A stretch of 36,420 nt of DNA from Blastocatellia bacterium (GTDB taxonomy: Bacteria > Acidobacteriota > Blastocatellia > UBA7656): NCBI GenBank assembly GCA_041497455.1, contig JBGQGO010000002.1, positions 1-36,420 on the forward strand, written 5' to 3'. The translations under genes and the position numbers were made by a program. Positions 33,836-36,420 of the stretch are shown in pieces. Below the pieces are notes generated by a model. That model saw nothing but the letters and a program-made list of their open reading frames with translations. It had not been told where the DNA came from and did not search any database. The first letter of the stretch is position 1. The number at the start of each line of letters is the position of its first letter.

Positions 33836-34926
33836 GATGGCTCTCGGATAACGCCGTCGAGCGGCTTCGCGAGGAGGCCGACTTGCCGGACCTTGGCGGC
33901 TCCAAGTACCTCGTGCTTCACAAGCTGGGCTCGGGCGGAATGGGTACGGTTTACCTTGCGCAGGACGTGGACCTCGGCCGCAAGGTCGCCGTGAAGGTAA
34001 TGAATGTGGCCGACTCGGCCGGCGCGCTTGCGTCTAGAATGATGCGCGAGGCTCGAATCGTCGCGCTGCTCGAACATCCAAGCATCGTTCCCATACACGA
34101 CGTGGGGGCGCTTGATGACGGCCGCGTCTTCTACGCGATGAAGCTCGTACAGGGGAAACGGCTCGATCAATCCGCCGGCGGCGCGGCTTCTCTGTACGAT
34201 ATGCTGCGCATCTTTCAGAAGGTGTGCGAAGCCGTCGCCTTCGCTCACACGCGCGGGGTTATCCACCGCGACCTCAAGCCGGAGAACATCATGGTCGGTC
34301 CGTTCGGCGAAGTGCTGGTGATGGACTGGGGCGTGGCGAAGGTGTTGAGCGCCGGACGCGCCGAAGCTGCTTTGACCTCGGGGGACGCGAGCGCCGAGCT
34401 TAGCGCGATTGAGGACGCGGACCTCATAGAGACGCTTCCGCTTGCCGCCGGATCGCCGGGCGACACCAGCGGCGGGACGATCATCGGGACTCCGGCGTAC
34501 ATGCCGCCTGAGCAGGCGAGGGGACAAACCGAACTGCTCGATGAGCGATCTGACGTTTATGCTCTCGGAGCGATCCTCTACTTTCTTCTCACCGGCCGTC
34601 CGCCTTATGAGTCCGGCAGGGATGCCGGTGAGCAAGCAGGCTCGAGGCGTCCGGTTCGTCCTCGGCAGACTGACCCGAAGATTCCGCGAGCTATAGAAGC
34701 CATCTGTTTGAAAGCGATGTCCGAAAGCTGCGAGGACCGCTACGCCAGCGCCGCAGGAATGGCCGCCGACGTAGTGAGGTTCCTCGACGGAGACCCGGTT
34801 TCGGCTTACCGCGAGAACATCTTCGAGAAGGCGGGCCGGTGGCTCAGGAAGAATCGTTTCCTCGTTCTGCTCATCTTGGCTTACCTGATTATGCGGCTAA
34901 TAGTATTCTTCTCAGTCGGGCGCTAA
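33832..34926 (+). CDS. Hanks-type Ser/Thr protein kinase with C-terminal TM anchor
   Basis: 364-aa ORF. The motifs are GSGGMGTVY, VAVKV, HRDLKPENIM, DWG (in place of DFG) and GTPAYMPPEQ. The terminal hydrophobic helix FLVLLILAYLIMRLIVFFSV is followed by only 3 residues. Confidence 0.9.
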   Translation: MRWLSDNAVERLREEADLPDLGGSKYLVLHKLGSGGMGTVYLAQDVDLGRKVAVKVMNVADSAGALASRMMREARIVALLEHPSIVPIHDVGALDDGRVFYAMKLVQGKRLDQSAGGAASLYDMLRIFQKVCEAVAFAHTRGVIHRDLKPENIMVGPFGEVLVMDWGVAKVLSAGRAEAALTSGDASAELSAIEDADLIETLPLAAGSPGDTSGGTIIGTPAYMPPEQARGQTELLDERSDVYALGAILYFLLTGRPPYESGRDAGEQAGSRRPVRPRQTDPKIPRAIEAICLKAMSESCEDRYASAAGMAADVVRFLDGDPVSAYRENIFEKAGRWLRKNRFLVLLILAYLIMRLIVFFSVGR

Positions 34927-35013
34927 TGAACCCGCCGCGACTGTTTAATAGAAGTATGAGAGCGAAAGAACAACGAGTCGTCATGTTGTCCGTGCCTAAG
35001 ATGAAAATCTGAA

Positions 35014-35108
35014 GAGTTCGTAGTACGGCCCTTAGGCGGAAGTTCGTAAAAGGTCGCGGTCCGGTCAATGTGCTACGAACTTCCGCCTAAAGGCCGTACT
35101 ACGAACTC
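35014..35108. repeat. Palindromic element, family B (third copy)
   Basis: gagttcgtagtacggcccttaggcggaagttcgta (35014-35048) pairs with tacgaacttccgcctaaaggccgtactacgaactc (35074-35108). Confidence 0.85.
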
Positions 35109-35128
35109 TCTTGAGAGGAGCGAATTAA

Positions 35129-35479
35129 ATGTCGAAACCGGTGCTTGGTTTAGTGCTTGGAGGGGTGTTGGGGATATTCGATGGGCTGACCGCGTGGTTC
35201 ACGCCGGCAGCAAGAGATCAGTTGGCGGGGATCGTGGTTGGCTCCACGATCAAGGGCTTGATCGCCGGCATCGCGATCGGCTTTTTCGCGAAGAAGTTCA
35301 ACTCGCTGCCACTGGGAATCGTCTTTGGGCTTGCCGTAGGGTTCTTGCTCGCATTCCTCGTAGCGTTCCTTCAGAAGGATCATTACTTCGAGATAATCCT
35401 TCCGGGGTCCATCCTGGGCTTGGTGGTCGGCTTCGCGACGCAGAAGTACGGGAGACCGGCTACCCAAGCGAGTCGTTAG
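35129..35479 (+). CDS. Small Gly-rich integral membrane protein (about 4 TM)
   Basis: 116-aa ORF preceded by gagagga. It has four hydrophobic, glycine-zipper-like segments (VLGLVLGGVLGIF, IVVGSTIKGLIAGIAIGFF, GIVFGLAVGFLLAFLVAFL, ILPGSILGLVVGF). Confidence 0.6.
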   Translation: MSKPVLGLVLGGVLGIFDGLTAWFTPAARDQLAGIVVGSTIKGLIAGIAIGFFAKKFNSLPLGIVFGLAVGFLLAFLVAFLQKDHYFEIILPGSILGLVVGFATQKYGRPATQASR

Positions 35480-35492
35480 TCGCACACAGAAT

Positions 35493-35523
35493 CCTTTGCG
35501 TACTTTGCGACTTTGCGCGAAAC
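35493..35523. repeat. Solo half-arm of family A element
   Basis: cctttgcgtactttgcgactttgcgcgaaac carries the same CTTTGCG..CTTTGCGCGAAAC motif as 4739-4776 and 11838-11870. I see no matching inverse arm nearby. Confidence 0.6.
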
Positions 35524-35646
35524 CGGATCTCGCATAAGGTAGCTCAGTTCATCTTGATGAAGAAAAGATCGTCGCGATCCCGCTATTGAAAAGATGCGGC
35601 CTGTTCGACGCGCGTCTAGCGCTCGCTATACTTCAAACGCCTCGAG

Positions 35647-35735
35647 GATGTAGCGTAGACTGTCCAGTCTGCGCTCGACATCCAAACAAATGTTCATTGG
35701 AGGCCACACGCAGACTGGACAGTCTACGCTACATC
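35647..35735. repeat. Perfect 27-bp inverted repeat, family F, immediately upstream of the bcp RBS
   Basis: gatgtagcgtagactgtccagtctgcg (35647-35673) pairs with cgcagactggacagtctacgctacatc (35709-35735), with a 35-nt loop. The aaggagg RBS follows at 35740-35746. Confidence 0.9.
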
Positions 35736-35754
35736 TTCAAAGGAGGAATCGACG

Positions 35755-36218
35755 ATGCTTTCAGTTGGAGACAAGGCTCCGCAGTTCGCGCTTAACGACG
35801 GCGATGGAAACAAGGTTAAGCTGTCGGACTTCAAAGGCAAGAAGGTCGTTCTGTACTTCTACCCGAAGGACCTGACGCCGGGCTGCACGGTTGAGGCTTG
35901 CGCGTTTCGCGATGACATAGGCGCGCTGAAGAAGCTCGGCGCGGTCGTGCGGGCGTCTCGGCCGATACTGAGAAAACTCATCAGAAGTTCATGGCCAAGC
36001 ACGACTTGAGCTTCCCGCTGCTTGCGGATGTGAACCACGAAGTGTGTGAGAAGTACGGCGCGTGGCAAGAGAAGAGCATGTATGGAAGGAAGTACTGGGG
36101 TATCGCTCGGATCACTTACATCATCGACGAGAACGGCAAGATCGCTAAGGCTTATGAGAAGGTCAAGCCTGCTGGTCACAGCGAGGAAGTGATCGAGGCG
36201 ATCAAATCCCTCGGGTAG
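35755..36218 (+). pseudogene. bcp: Bcp/PrxQ peroxiredoxin interrupted by a 1-nt frameshift near 35950
   Basis: ORF 35755-36009 encodes [53 protein letters not shown]...LGAVV and then goes out of family. Reading ggc gtc tcg gcc gat act gag from 35951 gives [26 protein letters not shown]...[24 protein letters not shown] to the stop at 36216-36218. A single missing base in gtgc-gggc would restore AVV(L)GVSAD. Confidence 0.8.
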
Positions 36219-36272
36219 CTTCGTTAACCGCGAGTGCTTTGCTGGTACCAGGCGTTGTGCGACCCGGGTTCC

Positions 36273-36419
36273 TTACAGATCCTTGCCAGCGGCCGTGTAA
36301 TTGACTTTCCACTGATATGTCGTTACCAGCAAGTCTATGTCTTTTTGGTAGCTGAGAGATATCTGGACTTTGCCGGCCTCACGAGATACGAGGTTGATGC
36401 TGTTCTCCGGTAGATTGTA
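36273..36419 (-). CDS. Possible 3' end of a minus-strand gene that starts beyond the window
   Basis: The open minus-strand frame from the window edge (YNLPENSINLVSREAGKVQISLSYQKDIDLLVTTYQWKVNYTAAGKDL*) ends with a stop at 36273-36275. The region is AT-richer than its neighbours. No family was recognised. Confidence 0.25.
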   Translation of the reverse strand, partial: YNLPENSINLVSREAGKVQISLSYQKDIDLLVTTYQWKVNYTAAGKDL

Positions 36420-36420
36420 A

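Noticed and set aside
1-36420. Search for tRNA/rRNA genes, CRISPR arrays, transposases, integrases, reverse transcriptases or prophage structural genes
   Set aside because: I found none by eye in any frame or intergenic region. The accessory segments therefore cannot be assigned to a defined mobile element from this window alone.

Overview
This 36.4-kb window comes from a moderately high-GC bacterial chromosome, roughly 58-62% GC in the 60-nt lines I hand-counted. The gene content is only weakly suggestive of Acidobacteriota or a similar soil lineage: BNR/sortilin-like secreted protein, TolB-propeller S9 peptidase, and a kinase-linked ECF sigma factor. Housekeeping genes include sucA (5'-truncated by the window edge), the aguB-aguA putrescine operon, tpx plus two Bcp-like peroxiredoxins, lhr, an S9 peptidase, a PA0069-type radical-SAM protein and an ECF sigma/Ser-Thr kinase pair. 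These are interleaved with small accessory islets. The strongest candidate for an uncharacterised system is a stand-alone 772-aa TIR-NB-ARC-WD40 STAND NTPase (8619-10937, minus strand). It is flanked by palindromic repeat blocks and by toxin-antitoxin remnants, and its WD40 region consists of only about three blades, two of them nearly identical at the DNA level. Other accessory items:
- a membrane-anchored protein with a PD-(D/E)xK-like C-terminal domain (2154-3008)
- a two-gene nucleotidyltransferase module that replaces the 5' part of a duplicated SnoaL-like gene (3100-4432)
- a low-GC island carrying an intact higBA pair and an unknown 378-aa membrane protein (about 29610-31980)
- a class-II Fic protein and a Uma2 endonuclease
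- several antitoxin-like genes without toxins, including a RelE/ParE toxin gutted by a palindromic repeat
- a frameshifted bcp

At least six families of long intergenic inverted repeats (REP/MITE-like) are scattered through the window. I recognised no rRNA, tRNA, CRISPR array, transposase or integrase. All family assignments come from motif recognition by eye, not from database searches.
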